From the human T2T-CHM13v2.0 reference genome, Homo sapiens, in the NCBI RefSeq assembly GCF_009914755.1, contig NC_060932.1: a stretch of 64,000 bases of DNA; one strand, given 5' to 3'. Below are positions 37,424 through 51,503 of the stretch, piece by piece. The translations under genes were made by a program, and so were the position numbers. The first letter of the stretch is position 1, and the number at the start of each line of letters is the position of its first letter. The notes under the pieces are model-generated. The model was not told the origin of the DNA, searched no databases, and saw only the letters and a list, made by a program, of their open reading frames with translations.

Positions 37424-40139
37424 AGGCTAAGATTGGTTATAGTGTAAACTTTCTATGACAACTTCTAAGTTTCTGCATCAGTAATTAATATAGTTTCACA
37501 AAAGAAAACCCATATGTTTATCTTGTTTCTGCTAATTACCTGTAAAATTGTATGTCATATGGTTGTATTATTAAACCAAATTCCTATATTTGAATATCTG
37601 TATCAAATGTAACCTCATTTATTTGTCCATATATTGCAACATGAACAGGTAATCTGATGAGGTATAATCTCACTTCAAAGAAATAGCTTTTCACTTCCAA
37701 ATTATTCTTCCAAAGAAAAATGACATGTGAATTACAAAAAGCAGGTGCTCTGTAGTAAGATAAAATTTGTACTATTTATTTGGGATTAGTTTCTCTCTTT
37801 CTTTCTGGCTTCCAGTGAGTAACTCAGTTTCAATTTCTTCAAGTCTGTATGTCTTACACTGGATACTGGGGATAATAAGAAATATAATAAGGGATTATTA
37901 CGGGAACAAGTTGGATAATAAATATGGTAGAAACATATTATCAAGATATTAGCTGATATTGTTTTGCTTTTTTTGCCACTTATTCCCACTTTTCTCTTTT
38001 CTTTATTCAAGTACTTTGTATTGCCTTTCAGGCTTCTAGGGCAGATGACTAGAATAATGTAAGAAATATTCTAAAATGCTGGGACATTTCTAATCTCAAA
38101 TAAGAATAACAAGAAGAAAAATTATGGGGACTATGTTCATCCTCTGCAAAACCTAGAGAAAATATGAATAGAGAAAATAAATGTAGTTTTTGCTGTATCA
38201 ATGGCAACAACAGCAGAAAAAATGTTATGTTCCATTCACGCCTGTGATTATGGAAGGAGATTCATACCTGATACATATTTAAGGCACCTAGCAGTGGGTC
38301 CCTGAAAAGATAAGAGAGAAATAACAATAGCTATGCCTACGTTGATCTATTTCATCACAAATATCTTTTCACAAAATGAATTGGTAGAATCTTAAATGTT
38401 CAGAAAAAAACATTATATTGAACACTAGATCATATATCTAATATATAATCATCCTGATGAGTTCTTCAAATGCTATTTGTAAATTCTATGTATTTGGATG
38501 CCTGTATTTTTTGCTGAAAAAAAAAAAAAGAATGTCTCAGTACAAAAGACTTAGTTGCAAAATGGCAGTGTGGAAGTATAGTTTTTCAGAAAAGAAAACA
38601 CTTTAAAATCTCTCAGTAATAGAGGTAACACCTAAAGTATTATGTATTAGAAATTCCAAGGAATGAAATGTCACTCCAAAAAGAAAAATAAAATTTGAGT
38701 GGGAAGATTCTATCTTGTCCTCTGACACACATCACTGACTTTTTCAGAAAAACATCCATACTGACACCAGAAAAGAGCTGCCTTTTTGTCCATGATAGGT
38801 CCTGATGTGCACTGAATGCTATATTTGGTGTGCAAGAAAACTGTTTATATAAAAAATTACTATATATATATATACACACACAATTTTAGACAGGTTTTAT
38901 ATCTATATACATATATACATATTTTACTAAGAATATTAATAGCATTATATTTTAAACATAAAATAGTTTGACTTTTTCCCAAGGTCGAGTAATGTCTTAT
39001 AAAATTAAAATGAAAATACATTATTAAAAAATTTAATAAGGAACAATTATGAAAACTAAATGATGAATGCCAATAAAACAAAAAATTGTATGGTACTTGG
39101 ATCTAAAGAAGTACAATATTTTAGAGCTAGTCTTGATTCTTAGGCACATATACCTACTCATGTACATTTTACCTTAATGAACAGAATAAAATATTAATAC
39201 AATAAAGAGGAGCTTTTTTGGTTATTCTAAATGCTGTCAGATATCAACTTAGAGACTGAGAAGCCATTTAATGTTTTCAACTTATTGCAACCTAATAGGT
39301 CAATTCTGGACCATGTTTGTGACTTAAATGATAACACACAACTACTCACAATAATAGACTAAAATTGTTGTGGGCAGTGGCCAGAATGACTAAAGTTCAC
39401 CAATCTGAAAATCATATATTATTGCTAACCCCATTGTAAAGACAAGTGATTAGATCATCATCAAACTGCAGTCCGCTTCTGCTTTGTCATGAACAAAAAA
39501 TTCTTTATTGTGAAAACTCATCCTTTGGTAACAGAATGGACTTAAAGATCCTTTTTATTTTTTAATAGAAATTAATTGATTTTTGGTAACAAAGAAATGC
39601 ACTTCAAGTATGCAATTTTTAAACATGAAATGTTAACATGTATATGTTTTCTTTATTCCAAGGTGTGAAATCCTACTGTGCTTGAAGTATATTTTTCTTT
39701 ATTAAATTCAAAAATGGGGAAGACATTGAATATACCTAAAATATAGGTAAAGTTCTCACGATTCTCAATTAATATTTACTAACTTACTAGCTACAATATA
39801 ATTTTCAGGAAAAATGAATGTAAAGGTTTCTGGCTTTCTATAAATTTAAAAAAAGTGCCAGGAATTTTCACAGCCTATTTAAAGTTATGATACTCTAGCA
39901 CAAATAAATAAAAGAGAAATTGGTAAAACCTGACAATAGTTCTGCATAAATTTGAAGTTATTAAAGCAATTTTAACTTGTATCTTTTGATTTTCTTTGTT
40001 TTTAATTTCATTTGCATATTTCTTCATCTCTATTAATACAAGAAATAATATTTATGAAATATATATTAAGCTCCACTTAAAACTGAAAGAAAAAAACTGC
40101 ATTTGGTGTAAAATTATTTATCCACACATTCTTTCTTTA

Positions 40140-41640
40140 AAAAAGAATGTCTTCATTGAGATGTACTAAACTTTGCCCTTTTAAAACACACAATTCAGTG
40201 ACTGTTGGTACATTAAGGGAAATGTCACTGCTATCTAATTTCAGAAATATTTTATTTATTTTCATCAGTATATTTTATTTTAAAATATAGATTGTAGTCT
40301 TCTGTTTTCAGGTTTTCAAGGTTCGTGCATGTTGTAGCAAGTATCAGTGTGGTGTTCTTTTTGATTGCTAAATAATACTGCATTATATAAATATGTCAAT
40401 TTATTTTTAATCCAGTCATCAGTTGATTGATATTCATCTTGTTTCCACATTTTGACTATTTACTAAATAGTGCTATGAGGAGCCATCATGTACAAGTTTT
40501 TGTTTGTATCCCTGTTTTCAATTTATTTGAATATATACCTATGACTAGAATTGCTAGATTATATGGTAACTCTGTGTTTAACTTTTTGAGTAACTGTCAA
40601 ACTGTTTTCCAAAGTGGCTACAACAGCTTACATATCCATAAGCAATGCACAAGGATTCCAATTTCTCCAATCCTTGTCAACACTTACTATTGTGTATCTT
40701 CTTGATTTAACCAACTACTGGGTGTGAAGTAGTCTCATTGTGGTTTTGATTTGTATTTTCCCCATAACTAATGATGTTGAACATGTTTATGTGCTTATTG
40801 GTTATTTTAATATCTTTTTTGTAGAATGGGTATTGAAAACTTTGCCCATATTTAAACTGATTTATTTGTAATTTTATTTTTCGGTTGTAAGCATTCTTCA
40901 TTATAGTATAGACTTGTATCTATCTCTAGTCTTGTATAGTATAGATTTGTATCTATCTTTCAAATTATGTATCTTCTCCAATACACAATTTGAAAATATT
41001 TTCTCCATTTCTATGGATTGTATTTTCACTTTCTTTTTGGTATTCTTTGTAGCACAAATGTTTTTAACTCTGATGAAATTCAAATTTCAACTTTTACTAA
41101 TTCCTTGTGCTTTTGGTATCACAACAAATAAATCATCGCCTAATGCAAAGTCAAGGATATATATGACCTTTTCATTATGAGTTTTGTAATTTTAATCTTA
41201 CATTTAAGTCTATGATATGGTTTACATTTTTTGTTTTGTTTTGTTTGAGACGGAGTCTCATGCTGTTGCCCAGGCTGGAGTGCAGTGGCGTGATCTTTGC
41301 TCACTGCTACCTCTGCCACCTGGGTTCAAGTGATTTTCCTGCCTCAGCCTCCTGAGTAGCTGGGATTACAGGCATGTGTCACCACGCCTGACTAATTTTT
41401 GTATTTTTAGTAGAGACGGGGTTTCACCATGTTAGTCAGGCTGGTCTCAAACTCCTGACCTCATGATCCGCCTGCCTCAGACTCCCAAAGTGTTGGGATT
41501 ACAGGTGTGAGCCACCGCGCCTGGCCTACATTAATTTTTTATGGTGTCAGCAGTAATCAAACTTCATTCTTTGCCATGTGAATATTCAGTTATACCAGCA
41601 ACATGTGGAAAATGATAAATTTTTCTTCATTGAGTTGTTT
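40140..41640 (-). mobile_element. L1MB/L1M4-type 3' ORF2 and UTR fragment, split by an Alu
   Basis: ctagaattgctagattatatggtaactc...ctgttttccaaagtggc...ctcattgtggttttgatttg. Confidence 0.85.
41229..41526 (-). mobile_element. AluSg-like
   Basis: Full reverse dimer; short TSD tacatt. Confidence 0.95.
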
Positions 41641-41689
41641 TGACCATAAATATAAGGGTTTATATCTGGACTGGTTTTTTTCTTGTGTT

Positions 41690-44560
41690 TTTGAGTGGAG
41701 TGTTCTGTGAATATATGAAGTCTAATTTGCTTATTATTTTATTCAAGTCTTCTATTTTCTCATTCATATTTTGCCTTGTTGTTCTATTCATTATTAAATA
41801 TGAGGTGTTGAATTCACCAACTAATTTTGTTATATTGTTCCTGTTACCTTTCATTTATGTCAATTTTTGCTATTTGTAGTTTTAGTCTCTGTTGTTAGGT
41901 ACATGCATGTTTACAATCACTGTATCTTTTATCATTAGAAAATGTCCCTCTTTGACAATTCAAACAGTTATCGTCTTAAAGCTTATTAAGTCTAATATTA
42001 GTATAGCCACTTGTTACTGTTGGCATGGCATATATAGTTTTTTCAGCTTATTTATGTATTTGAAATAAAAGTGTCTCTTTTGGATGGTATAGAGTTGGGT
42101 CATTTTAAACGTACATTCGGCCAATGTTTGCCTCTTGATTGAAATGTTGGAGTGTTTAATTAATTTATGTTCAATGTAAGTACCTATTAGTTAGCATGTG
42201 TATGCCATTTTTATATATCTTTATATGTTTTAAATCATTTTGTTCCCCTAGTATTCCACTACTGTTTTGTATTGTATTAAATATATGTCCTATTATATCA
42301 TTTTAATTTCTTTTTTATTTTACTTTATATTGAGTTATTCTCTTAGAGCTTATCCTGTAGATTAAAACACATGCATTTAAAATAATTTATCTTGAATTAA
42401 TACCAATTTATTTTCAGTAATATATAAAAAACTTTAATATATGCCATCTTCTCCAACCCCCTTTCTGCTGTTATTGTAATATAAATGACCTCTTCATACA
42501 TTATATGCCCATTAACAGAGTTTCTTAATTAATGCTTTATGCAGTTGTTTTTAAAATCAGACAGAATATTTTACAAGTTAAATTACATTTATTTATACTG
42601 TATTTTACATTTCCTGATGTAGTTACATTTACTGTTCTCTATTTCTTTGTTTGGACTTGAGTTACTGTCTAATGTCATTTCCTTTCAATCTGAAGGATTT
42701 TCCTAGATATTTCTGTGAGAAAGATCTGCTGGTGATAAATTCTCTCAGTTTTGGCATACCTGGAAATGTATTAATTTATTCTTTATTTTTAAAATATTGT
42801 TTGCTACTATAAATTCTTGGTTGACAGTCTTTCAACCCTTTGGAAATGGCATACCACCACTTTTAACCTCCATAAGAAACCTCTCTTTATCTTATTGAAG
42901 ATCCCTTATGTGTGATTAGTTGTTTTTCTTTTACTGCTTTCAAGTTTCTCTCTTTTAGACTTTTGATAATTTGTAATTTATCTGCTTGTCTCCTTGAGTT
43001 TATCTTACTTGAATTTATAGATTAAGATTCTTAATAGAATTCAGAAAGTTATTTTTTCTTATTATTTCTATTTTTTTTATCTTTTCTCTCTCCTCTTCTT
43101 CATCATAGAGTCCCGTTATGGTCCATGTTAATACACTTTATTGTGTACCACAAGTCTCTGAGGTTCTATTCAATCTTTTGTCTTTCAAGTTTCACAATGA
43201 ATAATCTCAATTGACCCATTTGTATGTTTACTGATACTTTTTACTGCCAACTCAAACCTTCTGTTAATCTCATCTAGCAAATTTTTTATTTTAGTTGTTA
43301 TACTTTTCAACTCTAGAATTTCTATGTGGTTCTTTTTTAAATGTATATCTTTTTATTGTTATCTAATATTCAGTGTGCAATCATTCTCGTTCTTCCACTT
43401 AATTCTTTAGATATAATTTCCTTTAGTTCTTTGAGCATATTTAAAACTTATTTAAAGTCTTTGTCTAGTAAGTCCAATATCTGTAATTTGGATATAATTT
43501 CTATTAACTACTTTTTTCCTATTATGGGCCATAGTTTCCTGTTTATTTCCATTATAACTTGCAGTTGAGAACTAGGTAAAATTATTTTACAAATGTAGCA
43601 TGTTTTGTCTGAGAATTAGTGTCCCTTCCCCCAAGGGCTTCTTGTCACTGTTTGTTGTGGTGTTTGCCATTTATTTGTTCAGTTTAATTCTAAAAGTCAC
43701 TCTTCCCTGATGCATGTGGTCAATTAAGTCTGCTTAATTATCTCAGTGCTTGACTAAGATTGAACGGAGATTTATTTAAATTCCTTGAACCAGTAAATCT
43801 TAGATACTTTGCTGGAGAGGTTTGTTTGTGTGCTGGGATACACATGCAATGCTCCAGCAATGTCAGACTCTGCCTTAGCTTCACTTCCTGCTGGTGGAGG
43901 ACCAGAAGTAGTAAGGGTTTGGAGTTTTCTAAGGTATTCTCTGGGCATGTACACACTTTGCACATGTGTGCACTTTCTTATGTCTGTAGGATTATGTCAA
44001 AGGCTTTCAAAGTTTCCTATGTCTATCTCATTCTCCACAGGAGCTGTCTTTTGACTAGTCTCTTGTTTGTTCCAACCAGTATCAATGCCTCAGGCAGCCA
44101 CTATGTTAAACAACTAACACTTATTTATTTATTGACAAATGCCCTGGAGATAAGGATCTTCCCACTGAGCAGTTCTGGCTCAGGTCAAAGAATGACCAAC
44201 TTGGTATATGAGACTTTTCCAAGAAGTTGTCAGACAGATAAAATAGTGACAATTCTCTGAGGATGGGCCTTTTTGATGAGCTTCAAAGCTTGTCTTCCCC
44301 TTGCAGTGTTTTACAGCTACTGTGGTTGTGCACCTAATAGTTTTCAAGGGTACTATAGGTCCAGAAAGTAGGGCAAGTTAATTCATCACAATGTTTAGTG
44401 TTCTTAAATTATCAACCACTGAGATTTAATCACTTTTTGTGAATAAACACACCAGATTGTTGAAAGTCATTAATTTTCAGAGATCTGAAAAAATGAATTT
44501 TGACAATTTTTGCCAGTGTTCATGTTGCCTTTATGAGGAGTAGATTTCTGTAAGTACCAT
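41690..44560 (-). mobile_element. Ancient L1M (L1M4/MD-like) 5' half: ORF2 start, ORF1, 5' UTR
   Basis: Reverse translation VGEFNT...NRTTRQ (endonuclease); ORF1-like gatctgctggtgataaattctctcagtttt. Confidence 0.8.
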
Positions 44561-45353
44561 TTATTCATAATGTCTTGATTTGGTTGTCATAAATTTCAAA
44601 GTTACTACATAGAATTAATTGTTACCTTCCAGTTTAAAGACAGATTCTTAAACTGCTTAGCAATAACAGATTCTTAAGCAATGCATATTATGAATATACC
44701 TTCTGTTATTAATATAACTTAATTAAATCAATATTTAAGGGGGAGTGTTACAGTAGCTTATATTAATGATCACTGATGTAACTGACATATAATAAAACAG
44801 ATAACAAAATTTCTACACTTGCAAATGACTGGAGTTTTCGTGAGCTAGGTCATATTATCTTTTGCATGTATTTGAAAATAGAAGATTAAGTCAACAAATA
44901 AGGCAGAACCATACTTTTAAAGAAGTTTAGAAAAACATTTATGAAGGGACCACACTGCATCTGACTCTCAAGAAATTCATAGAACAAAATGTCAGGAATC
45001 AAATTTATTCCACTGACATCAACTGGACTTGTGAAGTATCTGACTTTTTGAAAATGTGGGGTATTTTATGAGTGGTGATAATTTAATGAAGCATAAATTG
45101 TTCTTCTGAACTGGCTCTCGTTAGTAAGAGTGTTGAATACAATGGTTAAAAATAGAGATGAAGCATAATTTACCTATCTTACGTGTACCATTTTTCAAAT
45201 ATGAGAAAAGTAACTTAGATTAAAATTAAGGCTAATTTGTTTTAGTGTTTAAAAACTCTATTGTATATAACACATACAATAGAGATTTTAGTATATAATA
45301 TACACTATAGAGATTATAGAGATTCTATTATATATAATATACATTTGGAGGAA

Positions 45354-45433
45354 ATAATATGGAAATATATGTGTGTGTGTATATATATGTATATATACAT
45401 ATATATACACACACACATATATTTCCATATTAT
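45354..45433. repeat. Perfect 80-bp spacerless palindrome
   Basis: ataatatggaaatatatgtgtgtgtgtatatatatgtata followed directly by its exact reverse complement. Confidence 0.93.
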
Positions 45434-45510
45434 ATATATATGTATATACATATATATATATACACACACATGTGGAGGAAATAAATTGTTATATATAAAT
45501 TGCCATGTAT

Positions 45511-45616
45511 TTATTTATTTATTGACAAATGCCCTAGAGATAGGATCTTTCCACTGAGCAGTTCTGGGTCAGATCAAAGAATGACAAATTCTAAATGAGA
45601 CTTTTCCAATAAGTTA
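45511..45616 (+). repeat. Local direct copy of 44121-44228
   Basis: ttatttatttattgacaaatgccct(a/g)gagata...ccactgagcagttctgg...atgagacttttccaa. Confidence 0.93.
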
Positions 45617-45859
45617 TTTAATTTATTTCCACCACACGTATAATACACATTCAATTTATTTCCTGCACATATATGATATACATGTGGAGGAAACAAATTG
45701 TTAAGCATAAGTATTTTAAATCTGGTATGATGTTCAAGAAACTTGAACTTTCTAAAAACAGCTTAATTTTTTTTAATGTAACGGCGATTGCTGAAACTGT
45801 CAACTTTCCTGACAATCTTATTTAGAAAAAAATGTTATTCATATGATATATTAAGTCAT

Positions 45860-46213
45860 TGGTATGGTTTGGCTGTGTCCCCACTCAAATCTCACTTTGA
45901 ATTGTAATAATCCCCACGTGTCAAGGGTAGGACCAGATAGACATAAATGAGTCATGGGGGTGGTTTCCTTCATACTGTTCTCAAGGTAGTGAATAAGTCT
46001 CACAAGATCTAATGGTCTTAATATGGGGAATTCCCCTGCACAACCTCTTTTGCCTGCCGCCATGTAAGACATGACTTTACTCCTCATTCACCTTCAGCCA
46101 TGACTGTGAGGCCTCCCCAGCCATATGGAACTGTGAGTCAATTTTCTCTTTCCTTTATAAATTACCCAGCCTTGAGTGTGTCTTTATTAGCAGTGTGAGA
46201 GCAGACTAATACA
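45860..46213 (+). mobile_element. THE1B/C-like solo LTR
   Basis: tggtatggtttggctgtgtcccc...cagactaataca; TSD gtcat/gttat. Confidence 0.92.
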
Positions 46214-49200
46214 GTTATAACCTATGAAAACAGTAAAATCTTGGACAGCTTAGCTTAAGAACAGTGGATATTCGGCATGGAAACATTTGAGACCCACGTT
46301 CTTCCAGAAATGTTTTATGTAGTATTGTGAAAGATGGTCCCAGAAACAAGTTTTAGATAGTAGTTACTTGCCTCCCCTTGAGTTTGAGGTATTTGTTACA
46401 ACAGTTGTACATATTATAAGGAATCAATTTTTTATTGTGAATTTTTCTATTTTTAAATCAAATTTAAATAAGGTAAATAAATATATACTAGTACTTACCC
46501 ATGATTTTCAGTGGTGTAAATCTGGTTGTACGTGTTTTGAATATGGCATATAATATTTTTGTTGGACAGAGCATAAAAAGAAATTCGACTGCCTTATGTC
46601 CTGAGTGAATTCTCTGAGCTCCCAAAACTGTTACATTGTTACATTATTTTCCTGTACCCTTAAATATTTAATGTGGCTACTCTTGCCATAAGTCTTTGTG
46701 AATCTTGTTTCCTGAAAAAGAAGAAGTAATCTATGGCAATAGTATTCAAGAAAAAAAAAAACAACAATTTAAAGACTTGTTTATAAGAAAGATGGACTGA
46801 TGACCAACTGGGGAACAGTTCTATAAATCTATGTAAATATACAGAAACAGACTAATTGTAGAAGTGTGTATTTAGCTTAAAGATATAAGGGAAGTTAGTT
46901 GATAAACATAGAAAGTTGCTTATTCAATAAATAAACAAATAAATACAACAAATCACAGGTTCTTTTCTATGTCCTCTTTAAGTTACCAGGGGTAAAGAAG
47001 AAAACAAAACAGACACGAACAACAGTTTTCAGGATTTGCGTCAGGGGATCTAAGAGAATTGTAATTATAGGATATAATTACATCTAATCTTTTTTTACAC
47101 ATTTATTTGACATCCCCATCTGCCTTCCCACAACAGGTGATGGAGGTGGAAGAGGAATTCCCAAACTTGGTTTCTGCCTATTCATCAAATAAAGGAGTTC
47201 ATATTATTAGAATTTAGTCCATTAAAAACAAAGAAGGCTATATTCTTGAAGATGGGTTTGTGAGAATGACACATCCTGATGTAGAAGGGAGTGTAGCTCT
47301 CTCAAGAAAGAGAGATGGAGGAAAAACAATAATTTCACACTAAGCAGACCTTGTGGGCGGTTCTAGGCCATCTTAAACATTTTTTGTTTTATTCGTGAAA
47401 TAATAGGAAATATATTGATGCTTCAATATTGATTGTAGAAACAGATTTGCATTTTCAAAAGATTCCATTAGATGCAGAGCGGAGTTTGGATTTAAAAGAA
47501 AAGAGATTGTGTGTATGGAACAGGATGGAAGGAGATGGGGCCAAACAGACAATCTTGTGTCTGATGGATTAAATATGGTCAAAATGTAGAGTATACATTC
47601 AAAAGCTTGTTAGTAGGTAGACATAATTGATTGGATTCAGTAGATGAGGAACATAATAGTGTTAAAATAGATCTCTCAAATATTACAGAATTTAATGGGC
47701 TTGTTTACTGGGGTTAAAAACCAATAGAAGAGTGACTGTTGCTCACAGCGTCACAGCAGAAATTAAGAGACTGGTTTCTAGCCAGCGCGGAAGACAGCCA
47801 TATTTATGAATAGAATTGGGCATTCAAAAAATAAATAAAGTGTAAATTACAGAAGTTTAAGTGGATGTGAAAATTGCCTTGCAGAAGGGTTACTAGGTAG
47901 AAATTAAGCTAAAAAGGAAAAAAAAAGTTTAAAAATGAGTACATGAAGAGTAAATACAGAGCTTTTACATACTTTATTCTTTACAAGTTATTCAGTATCT
48001 ACTATGTGCAAAATGTGAATAGTAATCAATAATGAATTAGACATGCCTCCCATTTTATGAAGCTAAGCATATTTATAAACCCATATTTGGATAATTCATC
48101 ATTTTTTAATAACCGGAGTCACTAGCTCATTGATTATCAATGTCTCATTCATGATAATGGAGAAACAGAGAGAAACAGTAGGAAGCACAAAGAATTTCAT
48201 ACATGAAAGTAAATTTAAGAGTGGATTCAAATGAAATTAATGCTCTAGGCCTCTGTTAACAGACTGTGACCTAAATCTCATACTGATCGCACAACTAAAA
48301 TTCTGAAGTCCAAGGAAAATGATGAGACACAGAGATTTTTCTCCTTAATTTTAATTTATTCTTTTTTAAAGAAAGCATGGGGGATATACTATTAAAGTTA
48401 ATATCACCTTCCTTATTAAGACATAAAAAATGTCTTACTTGTAATCACTAAAAGTAAAAAAAAAATCCTTAAATCTTGATTTACTTTGGGATTTCTATTG
48501 TTTAGCTGTAAGTTAAAAAATCCATTATCTAAATACTAGTTTAAATAACTTTAATCTGGTAACCAAAAATACTTCCCTTATAGAAATTGCTAGGATATAT
48601 TGGGAGCATTAATTTAAACACACTAATGTTACATGTAAGTTTTTGACCCTTGAGCCAGAGACCTGCCAGGAAAATTAAAAGGTGAAAATAACCTTAGCTT
48701 TAGTGACCTGAATTCTCCATGATCTAACACTTTTCTGATTCACTTGACAGAGTTTTTATGTTTTTATACAAAAATTAAAAAGTAAATTATATACTTTCTT
48801 AGAAATCCCATGAATTTTAAAAGTGTATACATAAATTAATTTGGGTACAGTCAGCAAATACTTCTTCAGATAAAATTTGATGTCTAACCAGCACCTATTA
48901 TGCTCAAATGTTACAGTTAAAATTTTCACAGATACCATAAGTGTAATTTACTTTTTATATTTTTCATACTGCTGCTATTATACTTGAGAGAAAAATTTCC
49001 TTAAAAAATCTGTTCATCTTTCTAGAGAATACTCCTGATTTCTCAGCAAGTCTTCTACTATTTATGAATCTTTTATCTGTTAGTGATCTTCCCTTCTCTC
49101 TCTCTACATGTCAAAATCAATAATCTCCAATTTCTCCCTGATGGAATAAATACTCATAAACTATAAACCAATGTCTGGAACATTGGTTTTCACAGCTATT

Positions 49201-50151
49201 GTCATTCCTAAGAGATGATACTATCTATCATCTATAACAAATGATGATCCACAGAGGCTTAAAAATTGTCCAATTTTTTTTAAAGTGCATGTGAAGTTGT
49301 AATTCACTGGGGCAAAAAATGCTATATGAATGTCAACATAGTCTTCTTTAATTCTTTCAAATTTTATGTATTTTTTTTTACCGTTTTCTTCAATCTTCTC
49401 CTTTAGAAAACTTTCAGATATCTTTCTTTCTGATACAGATAGGATACTCTGCAACTAACTCAGACTCCATAGAGCAAAGTGAGAGAAACAACCTTTTTCA
49501 TTTTTCCAAGTTTTTTTGCCTTCTCTCTATGGCCTTCTCTATTATGACAAATCAATTTTTTTATATCAAACTAAAAATCTTGGGAAAAGATTTTGAAAGA
49601 AAATTATTACATTTAAAACTCCATCTTTTGCTAAAATATTAAGCTGTTTAAAACTATAAATACCACATGGAGATATTCTGCAGATGGATACATGAATTTC
49701 ATAAGTAGTGGGTGGACCAAATTAAGAAAGCCCAATATCTGCATTTGACACTAGATCTCTAGATCACATCAAGATATTATGGAAGCCCCACATTGCAAAG
49801 AATCAATGCTGAGAGGTAAACAGACACTAGAAAAGGCATTATTTAAGAATGAGGGCGTAAGAACACGAGTGTTCGGCTTAAGGAGATAAGACTAGGTACA
49901 GGACAGAATTTCTCCACTCAGTAGAACAGAAACTCAGTTCTCAGAACCAGAGCACAGATCAATAATATAAATTTAAAACTAAAAGAAAAGCACAGAATCC
50001 AGATAAGAGCTAAATCCATGCAATCCCACATTTCCCAAACCAGGACTGAGATTGATCCTGGACAGTACCCAAGATAGTTCAGTTTCCCTATCTACAGGGA
50101 TTGGCTGGGGACATCAGGACAAGTTAGCTGACAAAAAAAAACTGACTTTTT

Positions 50152-50355
50152 TTTTTAATCTTTAAGTTCTAGGATACATGTGCACAATGTGCAGGTTTGT
50201 TACATATGCATACATGTGCCATGTTGGTGTGCTGCACCCATTAACTCGTCATTTACATTAGGTGTATCTCCTAATGCTATCCCTCCCTCCTCTCCCCACC
50301 CCACGACAGGCCCCGGTGTGTGATGTTCCCCTTCCTGTGTCCAAATGTTCTCATT
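50152..50355 (-). mobile_element. L1PA4/5-like 3' end, ~200 bp
   Basis: ctttaagttctaggatacatgtgcac...; TSD aaa(c/t)tgacttttt. Confidence 0.94.
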
Positions 50356-50471
50356 ACAAATTGACTTTTTAAATTTAAAACTGTTTTTTTTTTCTTTCTG
50401 AATTCTGCCAATTTTTCTTTCTGCTATAGCATCCCTCCACTTCATTCAACTCCTACAAGGAACCAAAACTT

Positions 50472-50818
<347 letters not shown>

Positions 50819-51075
50819 CTATATCTTATCCTAACATGTAGTTACAAGATTTTTCTTCCAGATATAACATTCCACTTCAATTTTTCCCTGTGCCTGACAT
50901 GACCTGTTCCTCTACAATTAGATACTATGTCTTTCCATGTTATTTACCAATCTAGACCTGCAAACATCCAAATTGACATCACTATTTAGAACACAAAAAT
51001 ATTTTTAGTATCCTCCGTCTGATCTGAGTGTCTATAATTTTCTCAATGTCATGCTGTACATTTTCAACGTGTCTG

Positions 51076-51503
51076 TGATACAGAAGCAAAAAAGAAATTT
51101 AGGCAGTTAGTGAGGATAAGAGAGTCCTTGGTAAGGTTTCCCTTCTAATGAAAATCAGCTGTGAAATCATTTCTTTGTTAACAGAAAGCAGCCTAAAAAA
51201 TTGAGCTACAGATACAGATAAGCTGGAAGCGTGCATGATTGAATGTCAGCAGCTATGCCAACAGGAAAAGGCTAACCAGGGTCCAGGCGTGTTCAGCATG
51301 GAGGCTCCATCTTTCCTTTCCTTTGTCAACCACATGCACAGTAAGGAACAGACAGCATGGTACTGGCCAGGTATAGAACCCATCTGCATAATAAAAGATT
51401 AGGGTAGGGAGGCCAGCTTCTTTGCCCATTATGTAAGGCACACATGGTCCAACAAATCTTTGGAATGTATGTAAATCAGCCATCACCTCCTTAAGCTAGT
51501 CTA
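51076..51503 (+). mobile_element. ERV1-class LTR (LTR9/HUERS-P3-like), 3'-truncated
   Basis: tgatacagaagcaaaaaagaaatttaggcag...gcataataaaagattagggt. Confidence 0.7.

Noticed and set aside
40902-40960. Short tandem duplications (also ctgtgtttacca x2 at ~26880 and tagaatattaattataa x2 at ~30391-30441)
   Set aside because: Ordinary slippage duplications with two copies only; not array-like or CRISPR-like.
43760-44260. Longest ORF in the window (166 aa)
   Set aside because: It lies antisense within a decayed L1 5' UTR, starts at a non-ATG codon and has no recognisable domain.
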